A stretch of 64,000 bases of DNA from Epiperipatus broadwayi (lineage: Eukaryota > Animalia > Onychophora). The DNA is taken from NCBI GenBank assembly GCA_028023455.1, contig JAQFVV010000005.1, forward strand, positions 21,576,001 to 21,640,000. The letters run 5' to 3'. Each line of letters begins with the position of its first letter. The stretch's first letter is position 1. The notes beneath the pieces were generated by a model. It made no database searches. It saw only the letters and a list, made by a program, of their open reading frames with translations, and had not been told where the DNA came from. Made by a program: the position numbers and the translations under genes. Below are positions 12,915-26,494 of the stretch, piece by piece.

Positions 12915-13785
12915 AAATAAAATTTGGTAAATGAGTGGGTTTGCTAAATAAAAAATTTGATAAATAGAGTGGACTTATTAATTAAAAAAAGTGAATGATA
13001 TAAAAAGATCAGCTCAGAATTAATTTGGTCATTCAGCTTCTATTTGTCATTGAGTCTGCTTCTTCTTGTGATCGTTGCCTTTGCCTGCTTAGCATGATAT
13101 ATTCTAAACTGTTACGAGTAATTAAGTTAATAATCATGTGTGGCTAGGCATTGGAATATAAACTTTGCTTGTTGAGTTTGACTAGCAACATGCTAATTAT
13201 TATCAAGTATGTGACAACGGATGCATTTCTCAACCATAAAGAAAAAATTCCATGACAACTGTCTACAAGATTAAAAACCGGTAAATGAAGAGTCCACATG
13301 AAAACTAATAAGGAATTCCATCTGCACACGTACATATGTATACATAAAATTCAACTTTTCTGGAAAATAATATCCCTTTCACCATCTTTTCCCTTGGTCT
13401 TAAGATGACCTTTTATTTATGAAGCATTTTATAAAACATTTACTTACAGCACGAAAGGTTAATGACAGTTACAATTTAAGTTATGTAATTTCATGTATTT
13501 ATGCATTTATCTATTATATAAATATATTTTTTAATATTGATATAACACCTTATCTAACTTAATGCATCTAATATAGCATGATACCTTTTGTTTAGATAAA
13601 ATAAACTATTTTGCTTCTTAATTTTAATTTCCCCCTTCCATAAAGTTTTTTTTATTATAAAACAAAAAAAAAACACATCTACAATTGTTACCAAAATCAC
13701 ACTTTTTCTTTATGTTTGCCGTAATGTCATATAAATACAATTTCCACAAACTTCAAACACTTTTTAGCAAACTCTTTATTTGTAC

Positions 13786-13829
13786 ATACACCTACATTTC
13801 GACTGACCTGCAGTCTTCTTCAGAGCTAT
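13786..13829 (-). ncRNA. Hammerhead ribozyme of the Penelope left arm (GAAAC>GAAAU)
   Basis: Reverse complement of 19115-19160 with one CpG-type change. Confidence 0.6.
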
Positions 13830-14803
13830 TATATAATGAACAAAATAAAATAAAAAACATAACTATATAATAAACCATAAAAAAAAAATTTTAAACAATA
13901 AAAAAAAAACATAAAATATATATATATATTAAAAAACTGAAATAAATAATCAAACCCAAATAAAATAATTAATATAAATAAAATGTACTATATAAATAGA
14001 AAATAAATATAAATTATACATGTGTATTCCTAATTTTATACATATATACATTCAAGGACAACTATTAATCTAAATATTATCTATTTTATTATTATTAACA
14101 ATCTACTAATTATCTCTATCCTTCTTAAACTTAAACTTTATGATTAGTAACTAAAATTCTTTAAATTTAAATCATTTAATATTTATTATTTCTTTACTCA
14201 TTCTTCTTTTAAAAATAATATTTTATATTTATTATTATTTCTGAATATTTAAAACCCTATAAACATTATAATCTTTAAACCTACCAATTCTACTTTTTTG
14301 ATCATCTAAATAAAAAAATAAAAAATCGTTTTTTTTTTCAAAAAATTATATTATATCCTAGCTCCCTCTATTACATATTATTTAAACTAAATAAATACAT
14401 ACCCCCTACAACTTTTTATATATATCTTTTTATTTTATTTTTTACACTTTAACTTTTATTATTACTATATAATTCTCATAAATTTATATTATACTGCTTT
14501 ATATTTATATATATTCCCTACAACTTTATTTACATATATATATTTTTATTTTTTATACACTTTAACTTTTATTAGTATTTTTTATATAATTCTCATAACT
14601 TTTTATTATACTGTTTTATATGCAAATATTATACTAAGTTTATTAATTAATTAATTTATTATTTTTCTTCTATTATTTAATATCTATAAATATAGTCACA
14701 TTTATACTCTTATTTAACCTAACCATTTTTTATCATCCCCAACTCATTTATAAACAATTATCTCTACATATTTACCTCTATATATCTTATTTAATAATTA
14801 TAA

Positions 14804-15244
14804 CTATACCAATCTCATCCTAATCCCAGAATCTCTATTAAATTTTGGTTTTATCTTTCTTATTAATATAGCTTCTTTTATTTTCCTTTCTTTAATACTT
14901 TTCATATGTAACTTCATTTGTATTGAACTTTGTGTAAATTTGTGTCCCATTTCTTTTGTATGTATATATATTGGTGATTTATTATCTGCCATATGTTTTA
15001 ATCTTGTTTTTATAGAATTTTTTGTTTCTCCCACATATTTGTTATCCATCCCACTATCTAAACATTGTTTGCATTTTATCACATATACTCCATTAATTAT
15101 TTCTTTATTATCTTTATTATATCCTATGTATTTGTTATCTATTAAATTTAATAGGTTTTCTCTTTTTTTATTAACTATTTTTGTATTAATTATTCTTTTG
15201 TATCTTTTATTAATCTTCTTTATAATTTTGTTGAACTTATTCAC
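14804..15244 (-). pseudogene. Penelope GIY-YIG endonuclease (left arm)
   Basis: GVYVIKCKQC, YVGET, RLxH, HxxxxGH, KEAILI, NRDSG. Confidence 0.9.
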
Positions 15245-15349
15245 TATGATATTATTATTTGTTTTTATTCCTATATATCTATTTTCACCTTTCTTTTTTT
15301 CTTCACTCTTTTCATTTTTATTTATCTTATACTCTACTTTCCCAATACT

Positions 15350-16033
15350 TCATTTAATTATAGATATAGGGAAACCATTCATTTTTAACTCATTGATTAT
15401 TAAATCTTTTTGTTTATTATATTCTTCTTTCCTTGAACAATACATTGCAGCCCTGTATATTCTTGAATATATACAACTAATTTTATATTTCCTATCAATG
15501 TTGGAAAACCAACTTGTTATTTTGTTACCAATATTGTTCTTTTTATAAATACTTGTCTCAATACACCATGTTTTATCTATCAATTTCTTTTGAAACATTA
15601 TATCCAGATATGCAATTTCATTATTCTCTTCCTTCTCAACTGTAAACTTTATATTCTCCTCTATTTTATTAATATCATTAATAAACCAGCTTATTTGTCT
15701 TTGGCTTTTATTAAAAATCATTAGATAATCGTCTACATATCTGTTAAAAAACAAAGGAGCATTTTTATTTTCTGTTATGTTTTTATCAAATTCATTCATA
15801 TAAATATTACTTAAAATTGCACTAAGAGCTCCTCCCATTAACAATCCTTCTTTTTGCTTATAAAATTTTGTATTATATTCAAAAACTACATCCTTGCAAC
15901 ATAATTCCAGTAACTCTACCAAAATATGAACAGGTAATTTTATTGTTTTATTTTTATCCTTAATATATTTCTCTATAGCCAAATTTATCACTTTACTTAC
16001 ATTTAAATTAGTATACATAGAAATAATATCCAT
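15350..16033 (-). pseudogene. Penelope RT domain (left arm), ends at a nonsense codon
   Basis: D...QxxGLxMG...RYVDD intact; AGA>TGA at about 15350. Confidence 0.9.
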
Positions 16034-16319
16034 TTTTATAAACTTTAAGTTTCTGTATTCATATTTTTTAAATATGTCATTAATTTTATCTATTAAAATT
16101 TTATTATTTTTATTATTGGAATTTTCATACTCATTAGCATATTTTTTAAAAATTTCACTTGATAACCATTTTGAAACTTTATCTAAATATGATTCTTTAC
16201 AATCAATAATTGGCCTTAGTGGGATATTTTCCTTGTTAATTTTTGGAACCCCATATATTTTTGCTGTTTTACATTCTTTACTTCCTATTTTCTCAAATGT
16301 TAACCTATTTATAAAGAGG

Positions 16320-17837
16320 GTTTAATAGACAGGTTAACATTTGAGAAAATAGGAAGTAAAGAATGTAAAACAGCAAAAATATATGGGGCTCCAAAAATTA
16401 ACAAGGAAAATATCCCACTAAGGCCAATTATTGATTGTAAAGGATCATATTTAGATAAAGTTTCAAAATGGTTATCAAGTGAAATTTTTAAAAAATATGC
16501 TAATGAGTATGAAAATTCCAATATTAATTTTTAATAAAATTTTAATAGATAAAATTAATGACATATTTAAAAAATATGAATACAGAAACTTAAAGTTTAT
16601 AAAAATGAATATTATTTCTATGTATACTAATTTAAATGTAAGTAAAGTGATAAATTTGGCTATAGAGAAATATATTAAGGATAAAAATAAAACAATAAAA
16701 TTACCTGTTCATATTTTGGTAGATTTAATGGAATTATGTTGCAAGGATGTAGTTTTTGAATATAATACAGAATTTTATAAGCAAAAATAAGGATTGTTAA
16801 TGGGAGGAGCTCTTAGTGAAATTTTAAGTAATATTTATATGAATGAATTTGATAAAAACATAACAGAAAATAAAAATGCTCCTTTGTTCTTTAACAGATA
16901 TGTAGATGATTATCTAATGATTTTTAATAAAAGCCAAAGACAAATAAGCTTGTTTATTAATGATATTAATAAAATAGAGGAGAATATAAAGTTTACAGTT
17001 GAGAAGGAAGAGAATAATGAAATTGCATATCTGGATATAATGTTTCAAAAGAAATTGATAGATAAAAAATGGTGTATTGAGACAAGTATTTATAAAAAGA
17101 ACAATATTGGTAACAAAATAACAAGTTGGTTTTCCAACATTGATAGGAAATATAAAATTAGTTGTATATATTCAAGAATATACAGGGCTGCAATGTATTG
17201 TTCAAGGAAAGAAGATTATAATAAACAAAAAGATTTAATAATCAATGAGTTAAAAATGAATGGTTTCCCTATATCTATAATTAAAAGAAGTATTGGGAAA
17301 GTAGAGTATAAGATAAATAAAAATGAAAAGAGTGAAGAAAAAAAGAAAGGTGACAATAGATATATATGAATAAAAACAAATAATAATATCATAGTGAATA
17401 AGTTTAACAAAATTATAAAGAAGATTAATAAAAGATACAAAAGAATAATTAATACAAAAATAGTTAATAAAAAAAGAGAAAACCTATTAAATTTAATAGA
17501 TAACAAATACATAGGATATAATAAAGATAATAAAGAAATAATTAATGGAGTATATGTGATAAAATGCAAACAATGTTTAGATAGTGGGATGGATAACAAA
17601 TATGTGGGAGAAACAAAAAATTCTATAAAAACAAGATTAAAACAACATATGGCAGATAATAAATCACCGATATATATATATACAAAAGAAACGGGACACA
17701 AATTTACACAAAGTTCAATACAAATGAAGTTACATATGAAAAGTATTAAAGAAAGGAAAATAAAAGAAGCTATATTAATAAGAAAGATAAAACCAGAATT
17801 TAATAGAGATTCTGGGATTAGGATGAGATTGATATAG
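16320..17837 (+). pseudogene. Penelope RT-GIY-YIG ORF (right arm) with two nonsense codons
   Basis: GAA>TAA at 16788-16790, GGA>TGA at 17367-17369; first catalytic Asp region reads MNIIS where the left arm has MDIIS. Confidence 0.9.
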
Positions 17838-18059
17838 TTATAATTATTAAATAAGATATATAGAGGTAAATATGTAAAGAGATAATTGTTTATAAATGAG
17901 TTGGGGATGATAAAAAATGGTTAGATTAAATAAGAGTATAAGTGTGACTATATTTATAGATATTAAATAATAGAAGAAAAATAATAAATAAATTAATTAA
18001 TAAACTTAGTATAATATTTGCATATAAAACAGTATAATAAAAAGTTATGAGAATTATAT

Positions 18060-18364
18060 AAAAAATACTAATAGTAATAATAACAAGTCAGATGTCACAT
18101 GACTTATATATAGCTTGCACTTACAAATATGTAAAATTAAGAGTGTGCTAATAGCTCTAAACAAGCTTTTTTTTTATGATAAATGCTACTACAAGAGAAG
18201 GCATTCAAAAAAATAATCTTGGATTGTTCCCATCCCCAGACCGGATGGGGACAATCCAAGATCATTTTTTTGAATGCCTTCTCTTGTAGTAGCATTTATC
18301 ATTAAAAAAAAAGCTTGTTTAGAGCTATTAGCACGCTCTTAATTTTACATAAAAAATACTAATA
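18060..18364. mobile_element. Small palindrome nested in the right Penelope arm
   Basis: Arms 18129-18235 / 18243-18350; TSD aaaaaatactaata; absent from the left arm. Confidence 0.9.
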
Positions 18365-19114
18365 AAAGTTAAAGTGTATAAAAAATAAATATATATATAT
18401 GTAAATAAAGTTGTAGGGAATATATATATATATAAAGCAGTATAATATAAATTTATGAGAATTATATAGTAATAATAAAAGTTAAAGTGTAAAAAATAAA
18501 ATAAAAAGATATATATAAAAAGTTGTAGGGGGTATGTATTTATTTAGTTTAAATAATATGTAATAGAGGGAGCTAGGATATAATATAATTTTTTGAAAAA
18601 AACGATTTTTTATTTTTTTATTTAGATGATCAAAAAAGTAGAATTGGTAGGTTTAAAGATTATAATGTTTATAGGGTTTTAAATATTCAGAAATAATAAT
18701 AAATATAAAATATTATTTTTAAAAGAAGAATGAGTAAAGAAATAATAAATATTAAATGATTTAAATTTAAAGAATTTTAGTTACTAATCATAAAGTTTAA
18801 GTTTAAGAAGGATAGAGATAATTAGTAGATTGTTAATAATAATAAAATAGATAATATTTAGATTAATAGTTGTCCTTGAATGTATATATGTATAAAATTA
18901 GGAATACACATGTATAATTTATATTTATTTTCTATTTATATAGTACATTTTATTTATATTAATTATTTTATTTGGGTTTGATTATTTATTTCAGTTTTTT
19001 AATATATATATATTTTATGTTTTTTTTTTTATTGTTTTTTTTTTTTTTTATTGTTTAAAAATTTTTTATGGTTTATTATATAGTTATGTTTTTTATTTTA
19101 TTTTGTACATTATA

Positions 19115-19160
19115 TAATAGCTCTGAAGAAGACTGCAGGTCAGTCGAAACGTAGGTGTAT
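19115..19160 (+). ncRNA. Hammerhead ribozyme of the Penelope right arm
   Basis: CUGAAGA-A-GACUG caggu CAGUC-GAAACGUA^; ACGU palindrome; stem I weak. Confidence 0.7.
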
Positions 19161-22100
19161 GTACAAATAAAGAGTTTGCTAAAAAGTGTTTGAAGTTTGT
19201 GGAAATTGTATCTACAATTGTTAATAATTACAATGTAGTTTTAGATCAATGTTGCTTTTAAGGAAAGGTTTTAAACAGAATAAAGTTTTTTTTTAAAAAA
19301 AAAGAGATAGAATATTTTACTTTATTATATAATTTATATTTAATGAATAAAATTTCATGTCTCTCTAAAGATTTTCAGTATCATTAATATATGTGTACTT
19401 AACTCAGTGTGCACATAACTAAATTGTTTGATAGATTGATTAAATTTGTTAGCAGTTTTTCATGTTTACACTGTTTACATCACATGCATCTGAAATTAAA
19501 AGAAATGGTATCTGTATAGGTGTACATCCACCATATGTGAATTTATTGTTTGATCACCTCCCCATGATATATATATATGGTTTCTGCTTGAAGTACTCAT
19601 GGATGGCTATGTTTTGCATCAGGTAGACATATTTCTCCCCATGAATTTTTTTTTCTTTATAATACAGGTAATTCAGAGGTCTATTATTGTCATTTTATGG
19701 GGTGGGGTCATATGCATAGTATGTATAAGTTTAATTTTGTAATGGCCTGCATGTGTGAACATGTAGAGTGGATTATGACTACTTTATTATTGATTGTTTG
19801 TTTAATGGAAAAGTAAAATATATATGCACACGTCTTGTTAACCATAGAGTAATTATCAAACTTCAGAAATGATCCAATATTATAAGTAAAATTTTATGAA
19901 GTGTAATATTTAAAGCTACCAAGTATCAAATGCTCTCTATGCTACCATTAAAAAAAATCATTACCATTCAAATGCATTTTATTTTAACTATAGTATTCAA
20001 ACCCTGATATATTTGAACTATTGCATTTGAAATCTCATATTGAATTAGTAAATAAACATTGTTTTGCTGATTGTTAGACTTGTTCAGCATTTTGTTTACT
20101 GTTGTCTGCTCTGCCAATTGATGTCAGCCAAGAATCTCTGTTCTCTGCAATCTAGAGGCAAATTTAAATGTCTGAGTGATGGTAATAGTTGTGATATGCA
20201 TTTATACTTGGTATCCTCATTAATAAACACAATTTTAAACTATAGGTCTAAGGCGTCCTCTAGTGGTGGATATTAGTGTGCCTGTTGTCCATTTATATAT
20301 ATATAATACTGTGAAAGTAAGCTTCTCTTCACACATGCCCTATAAAATAAACATGCATTTTCTTGTCAATAAATATGTATAAATCACTACATTATCAATT
20401 ATAACATATATATATATAATAAATCAAGTGCATACACAGCTGAAAATTCAAATATATATATATAAATAAAGTAGTTTTTTGAGTTAAACTATGTGTTATT
20501 TTTGCTTACTTCCTAACATTTCGACAAAATAGCATCCACCATTGTCAAGGTTAACTTTTCAAAGAAAAACCATTAGATCTCAAATAGTAACGAGAGTGGA
20601 TGTGAGGTAAAGAATGGGATTGAGCATGGAACAGTTGACCATTCAGAAGGTGTGAATTAACAAAATGTTTATTTTCTTCACTTTCATCATTAATTGTTTT
20701 TAAGTTTATACTAGAAGAGATAAAATGTAGTGGTCTCCATAAGGCTGAATATGTTGTATTTCATCAACTCTATTTCTTTTTGATATAATTATGAAAACAG
20801 TAAATATAATATATATATAATATTTTTGTATTTTAGTTTACTTCTATTTTCTTAACTCAAACTTTTTATTGGTTTTTATAACATCTTTGCTTTACCTTTA
20901 ATTTTACCTATAATATCCCCCCCCCTCCATTTTACTCTTTTAATGTCTTTCTCTGTAATGCTATTGATATAAGATCTTAAAATCATGGTCATTTATTTTT
21001 ATTTTTGTTTCTCTACCATATTATTTTTATATATATTATTCTATTGGTGCTATTGTTTTCTGATGTGTTTTATCTAATTTTTTGTCTGCTGGCTTCAACA
21101 AGTATTTTATGAATAAATGTTTTTCATTTTTAAAACATATTTTTCATATCTAGTTTGTAATTTACTCTTCTTCCAATCATATTTTGTCCATATTTTTTTT
21201 AACTCTTAGATGAATCTTTATTGTTTTTCCATATTGTTCTTCTTACTGTCACATGATTACAGGCCAGCATAATTTAATATGGTAGTAGAAAATGAGACTC
21301 TGATGCGGATCATACCTTCAATCATTATTTTCATTAACTGAAACTTTTTGTTAATTCCCAAACAATAAACTATTTGATTATATTCTTTCGTTATTTGATT
21401 CAGAAATAAATTCTGGAAAAGTCCACTGCAGCGCTAAAGTTTCTTCAATATTCCTCTCAAAGAAACAGTGAAAAAACATATTGTTGAATAGTCAACTTCT
21501 AGTTGTTGAAAACTTTTATGACTTTAGTCATCATTTTAGCCTTTCTCTATCCAAATATCCATTTTCTAATCAATAATCAAATGGATAAGTAATTTATCTG
21601 AAAAATATTCAAGCATATTTAGAAATACTTAGATACCTAAAAAAAATTCAAGTTTTATCCATATTCACACCCTAGATAAGACTATGGATATGAAGATGTT
21701 AACCATTATGTTACGATCTTATTGAATATAGTATACTTTTCACTTCAAATGAGTCAGGTGTTTTGCACATATGTTGACTAAACGTAAGGATTGTCTTAAC
21801 TCTTTTTTAATGTATACCTTTCTTTTACTTCTTGTAATTCATATCTCAGTAACAACATACATTATATATAGTGCTTGAAAAATATTAACCTGTGTGTAGA
21901 TGATGTCCTGTTCTATAAATATTTTTATATTTAAAAACTTTCATTTCTATCATTTATTTTATTTTTTATTTAGCTTTTATTATTAAATGCTCGATATTTA
22001 TAGCTTTGAATCATTTTCCAGAGAGTGCATTCTAATCTTCATACAGTTAGAATATTATCAGTTCAAAAACGATTATCTAAATAAAATTTCAAGGATGATC

Positions 22101-22242
22101 TTTTAGAATAAATGAATTAATTGTACACGCATTTACAAATAAAATTAAAAAAAAAAAACTTTCAGTGAATATCTATAAATTAATAAACCTAATTGCAGTG
22201 AGATGCCCACTTGTTCTTAGCTTAGCAGAGTTTAATTTAACA

Positions 22243-22353
22243 TTTTTTTTTTCATATGTCATAGCATCGGCCGGGAGGCGAACCCACAACCGTCTGCAAC
22301 CAACTACTTGCTTGCAAGGTGGCTGTGATGACCTCTCGGCTAACAACGCTTGA
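22243..22353 (-). mobile_element. tRNA-like SINE, same family
   Basis: Reverse complement similar to 12802-12914. Confidence 0.7.
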
Positions 22354-22571
22354 CAATAACATTGAGCGAACAAAATATCTATTTATGAAATCTGAAAATT
22401 CCCAAATCCAAGGAAACTCTGGAGTGAATAACGACATTTACCTGTATGCATTTAAATTTTTTTAATGTTATATAGTTATAATTATTTAATTATCTACATT
22501 AATTAGATATATTTTTAATCAATAATAACATTACTTGATCTTTCATATGTTTCCATATATATATTTTACAG

Positions 22572-22622
22572 AATCTGAAGAAACAAGAGATGGTTTAAAT
22601 AATAAAGTGGTACTACTTCCTG
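22572..22622 (+). CDS. ABCC exon: NBD1-TMD2 linker (51 nt)
   Basis: ttttacag|AA TCT...CCT G|gtaatt, phase 1-1, open (KSEETRDGLNNKVVLLP); joins neighbours in frame, but linker sequence gives little homology support. Confidence 0.6.
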
Positions 22623-23519
22623 GTAATTAGTTAATTCTATTTTTACAAACTGATCACTAATAAATATATTATTATATACTAGTGACCTCTATGTTTACTC
22701 ACTGTCATCAATGTTGATGAACACAAAAGATAGAAATATAGACTATGCTCAAAGAGTTATACAACTATTTTTTAACTGATGTCATTCCAATGGGGGGAAA
22801 TTTTGGATAGTTGCCCAAAAATTGGTCTTGTAGTTCTGGAGAAGTTAATTCTAATGCCATCTAGTATCCCTTGATTACTGTGTTACCCTAAGTCTATGAG
22901 TGAAAATAAATTATATAGTATTAACAGGTGGCATAAACTGAGAAAAATGTATTTTGTTATTGTAATAGACTTTTAGAAACAAATTTTTCAGATATAAATT
23001 ATTAGATCTATCATTTCAATTAATTAAAATGCATTTCAAAATCTTTCCAATAACTGATTATAGTTTATGAAAACTGCACAATTTAAACATTCAAGTATTT
23101 TACATAAGAACCAGATGCATTATAGGAATTTTTCTAAAATATCATTACATAGTGTTAATATCTCTTCAGTACAATTGTATTATTGTTTCTAAATATATTA
23201 TAAAGTATATAAGTAATATGCTAATTTTTATGTTTAAAAACCTTAGGACTTCAAGCAGGATTAAGTCTGTGAGAACCATAGAGTTATGATTGTTCAATAG
23301 AAGCCTTATTATATAAAATGTGACTTTCAAAATTTTGAGTGTGTTTAATGAAATTAAAGAAAATATTTAAAAGAAAACGTCTTTTCTAGGGATCTGTTTT
23401 GTTTAGTAGTGGTTTAAAAGCAATAACTTATTTTCAGACATTTTTTCAGGATGAAAGTTACTCCAAGTCTGATCTAGTTACTACAATATATTGCTTTTTT
23501 AGTTCATATTAAGCCAGAA

Positions 23520-23740
23520 AACTTCTTTACTTTAGCCATATGTCTCACAAATGGTCTCATTCTAGTTCTACAATCTTCAGAACTTCCTTATCTCACACAT
23601 CTAACTCACACATGGTCTCTTTCTGGGTATTCTACAATCTTGAGAACTGTCTTATCCAACTATCTCATACATGGTCTCTATTACAATTTTGGGCAATTCA
23701 ATGTAATTATCATTTTTTTAACAATGTCTGTTGTTCTCTC
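23520..23740. repeat. Short tandem repeat, unit about 70-80 bp
   Basis: ctcacacatggtctc...ctacaatctt recurs about 3 times. Confidence 0.5.
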
Positions 23741-26051
23741 ACTCACAGATATTGTTTTTTAATCTTATTTGTGACTCCCATTATAAATATTTATTATTAA
23801 TAAAATATTGTAGAATTGCTTATAACAGATACAAGTTCAATTGATAGTCTTAAGCAGAAAATAGTATAGCAATGTAATTAGAAATCAAATATATTTTGAT
23901 AATAGTTTTAGTTGTCTAAGCCAATCAAATTCCACAACTGATTGATTACCACATTGTAGTCAATTAATGATGATGATCATTTTATATTAGCTATGGGATA
24001 GGTTGTCATAATGAAGCCCAGCTTAAATTTAGTTACCAGTGTGCAAATGAATTAATTACTATGTTTGTAATCAAATTATAGCATAATTCGTAATAATCAC
24101 CCACATTGATAATAATTTTTATGCTTATGTTAATATATTAATTAGATGCAGAAACCATTGTGAAAAATTGCAGTTGATAATGATTTTATTTTCAGTTGAT
24201 ATTGTTTTTCATTAAGAAAAGATTAATAATACAAGGTTCAAGTTTTCATTCAAATTTTGTGATTGATCAGTGATTTAACTAGGTTTCAACAGATTTCAAA
24301 TGTGAGTTTATAATATAAACTATATTTTAAATGTAGTATGATTTAATAGACTTATATAGGCTTCAGACCACACAATGAATTTTGAGAGATGAATATTGGG
24401 GTTAACAAGAGATTGAAAACAAAATACAAGGTTGAGAAAACAAATTTATATCTGTCATCACTGAAAGTACTAAGAAGCAGAAATGTGATGAACATATTTC
24501 TAGAAAAGAAAACAGTAGATAGACAATGTTTTAAATTGGATCCAAAGAAATTTTAAAGATTCAAAAAGAGAATATGAATGAGGCAGATAAATAAAATAAA
24601 GACATTTTCTGTATTGATGTATAGAAGGATAATTTCAACAGGCTTCTAAAATAAGTTTATAATTTTCACTGTTTTGTAAGTATATTATGACACATTAATT
24701 TAGATACTTTAATATACTATAAATATAAAGACTTTAGACCATGCAAAAAGTTGGAGATGTATGTTGGAAGTAACAAGGAAATATCAAAAGCAAATATCTG
24801 TGTGAAAAAACAACTTGGGCTTTGGAAAAAGGAAAAATTGAAATGGAAGTTGAACTGAAAATTTCTGTAAAAGAAAACAATATATAACAAGTCTTAAACT
24901 AGACATGGGGGGTAAAAGAATCAGAAAAAGACTACAACTGACATGGATAAATGAAATAAAAACATTGGTTGTAATGATATGGGACAATTCATAGTTATAT
25001 TTTTACTGTATTTTTAATATATTGCAATTGAATAAACTTGAATACTTTAATATATTAACAATTCGAAGATTTTATACCACACAGTAAAGTTGAAGAGATG
25101 GATTCTGGGAATAAAGGAATTAAAAGCAAAATGCTCAGATGCCATATTGGTATAATTCCACTTAAGTGAAAGAATTAGAATGCTGAAATAAAGTTGGGCT
25201 GAATATATTACTACAAGCAATAGAAGGGAAAATGAAGTTTAAATTGGATCCAATGAAATTGGAAGACCCAAAAAGAGATCATATATGAAATGGATGTATA
25301 AATTAAGGGCATATGTTGAAGAAGTATGGAAAAGAGCAGAAACTGGATTAAATTTGAAAATACCTTCAACCTGTAGTGTATTGATAATAGTTGAAATTAA
25401 TGAAGATGATGATGTTTCAATGTTTTACTAATAGTGAAATAATCTAAAAAAAAGGTAATATTCACCAGGAATTAATTTGTTGAAAATTACAGACTCTCAG
25501 GGGATAGATCTCAAAGCAATATAAAAAAAGACCTTATATCCAAAAGTCTTTTAAAGCAACATTTTGATTTTGTAAATGATAAATAATAATCAAATGGTTT
25601 TATTGCTCAGAAGTTTATAAAAAATTTGAGTACCCGAAATGCCTCAACTGGAATTGATCCAAGAATCTTACACTCCAGAATCTGAAACTATTTCATTATA
25701 CTAACCATTTAGGAAAATAATTTTGTCATTATGGTATAGACTAAAGGAATATGGACTCATAAAACATGACATGTTATTTAAAAAACTATCTAACCATTTT
25801 TTATAGAGAAAAATCTCAAGGAAAGTTAAGACGATAATGAAGAATACTAACCTCACACTGTTGCTCAAGAAAGGTACACTAAGATTGAATCATGTTTAAA
25901 TCAGGTAATTGGAGAATCTGTAAGAGATATAATCATCACCATATTTCTCAACCAGTATTAGAGTTCTGAATGAATTACCTTAGAAGATGGGAGCATTATC
26001 TGTGCATCATGCAATAAATTTGCCTTACTGAAACATTCATATAATTTTCAG

Positions 26052-26494
26052 ATGTAATATGTTCAAGCCAATAAAACATGACCACCACTTTTTATGCTTG
26101 TGTATAACTGTTTTAAAACAGGCAAAACTCACTATACATATTGCCACACACAGCAAGCTAGAGTAATCAATGGATGCCAAAAGGCTTTGTGCATAAAATC
26201 TCCATCTAGTGCCTACTCTTCCAATATCCCCAGACTAGTTTCTGACTTGTGGCCTTCGTCAGTGAGCAGCTGGAGAGTTGCATTAGATCCTAAGATCTAG
26301 GTGCAGTGCTCTCAGATCCAAGGCTCCTCACTGACAAAGGCCACAAGCCAGAAACTAATCTGGGGATATTGGATGAATAGGCACTAGATGGGGATTTTAT
26401 GCACAAGTCTTCTGGCATCCATTGATTACTCTAGCTTGCTGTGGGTGGCAATATGTATAGTGAAATTTACCTGTTTTAAAATGTAATATGTTCA
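26052..26494. mobile_element. Family B palindrome
   Basis: Perfect 14-bp TSD atgtaatatgttca; arms about 26111-26264 / 26327-26481; mutated hammerhead at 26325-26366. Confidence 0.9.

Larger units (their letters stand above)
13691..16306 (-). mobile_element. Penelope-like element, 5'-truncated, left arm (with 3' tail)
   Basis: RT motifs PKINKENIPLRPII, DIISMYTN, GLLMGGALS, RYVDD; GIY-YIG GVYVIKCKQC...YVGET...NRDSG; hammerhead in the 3' region. Confidence 0.95.
16307..19211 (+). mobile_element. Penelope-like element, 5'-truncated, right arm (tail-less)
   Basis: Near-identical reverse complement of the left arm; same RT and GIY-YIG motifs. Confidence 0.95.

Noticed and set aside
14940-15548. 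202-aa and 161-aa (17216-17701) hydrophobic ORFs resembling membrane proteins
   Set aside because: Antisense shadows of the A-rich Penelope ORF.
13677-19223. Palindromes as amplification or assembly artefacts
   Set aside because: Arm-specific mutations, an arm-specific nested insertion and flanking TSDs are not expected from fold-back chimeras; long-read confirmation is still advisable.
21000-21900. Highly decayed LINE-like tracts (also about 24400-25400 and 52000-56500)
   Set aside because: Composition is suggestive but no motif was confidently recovered.
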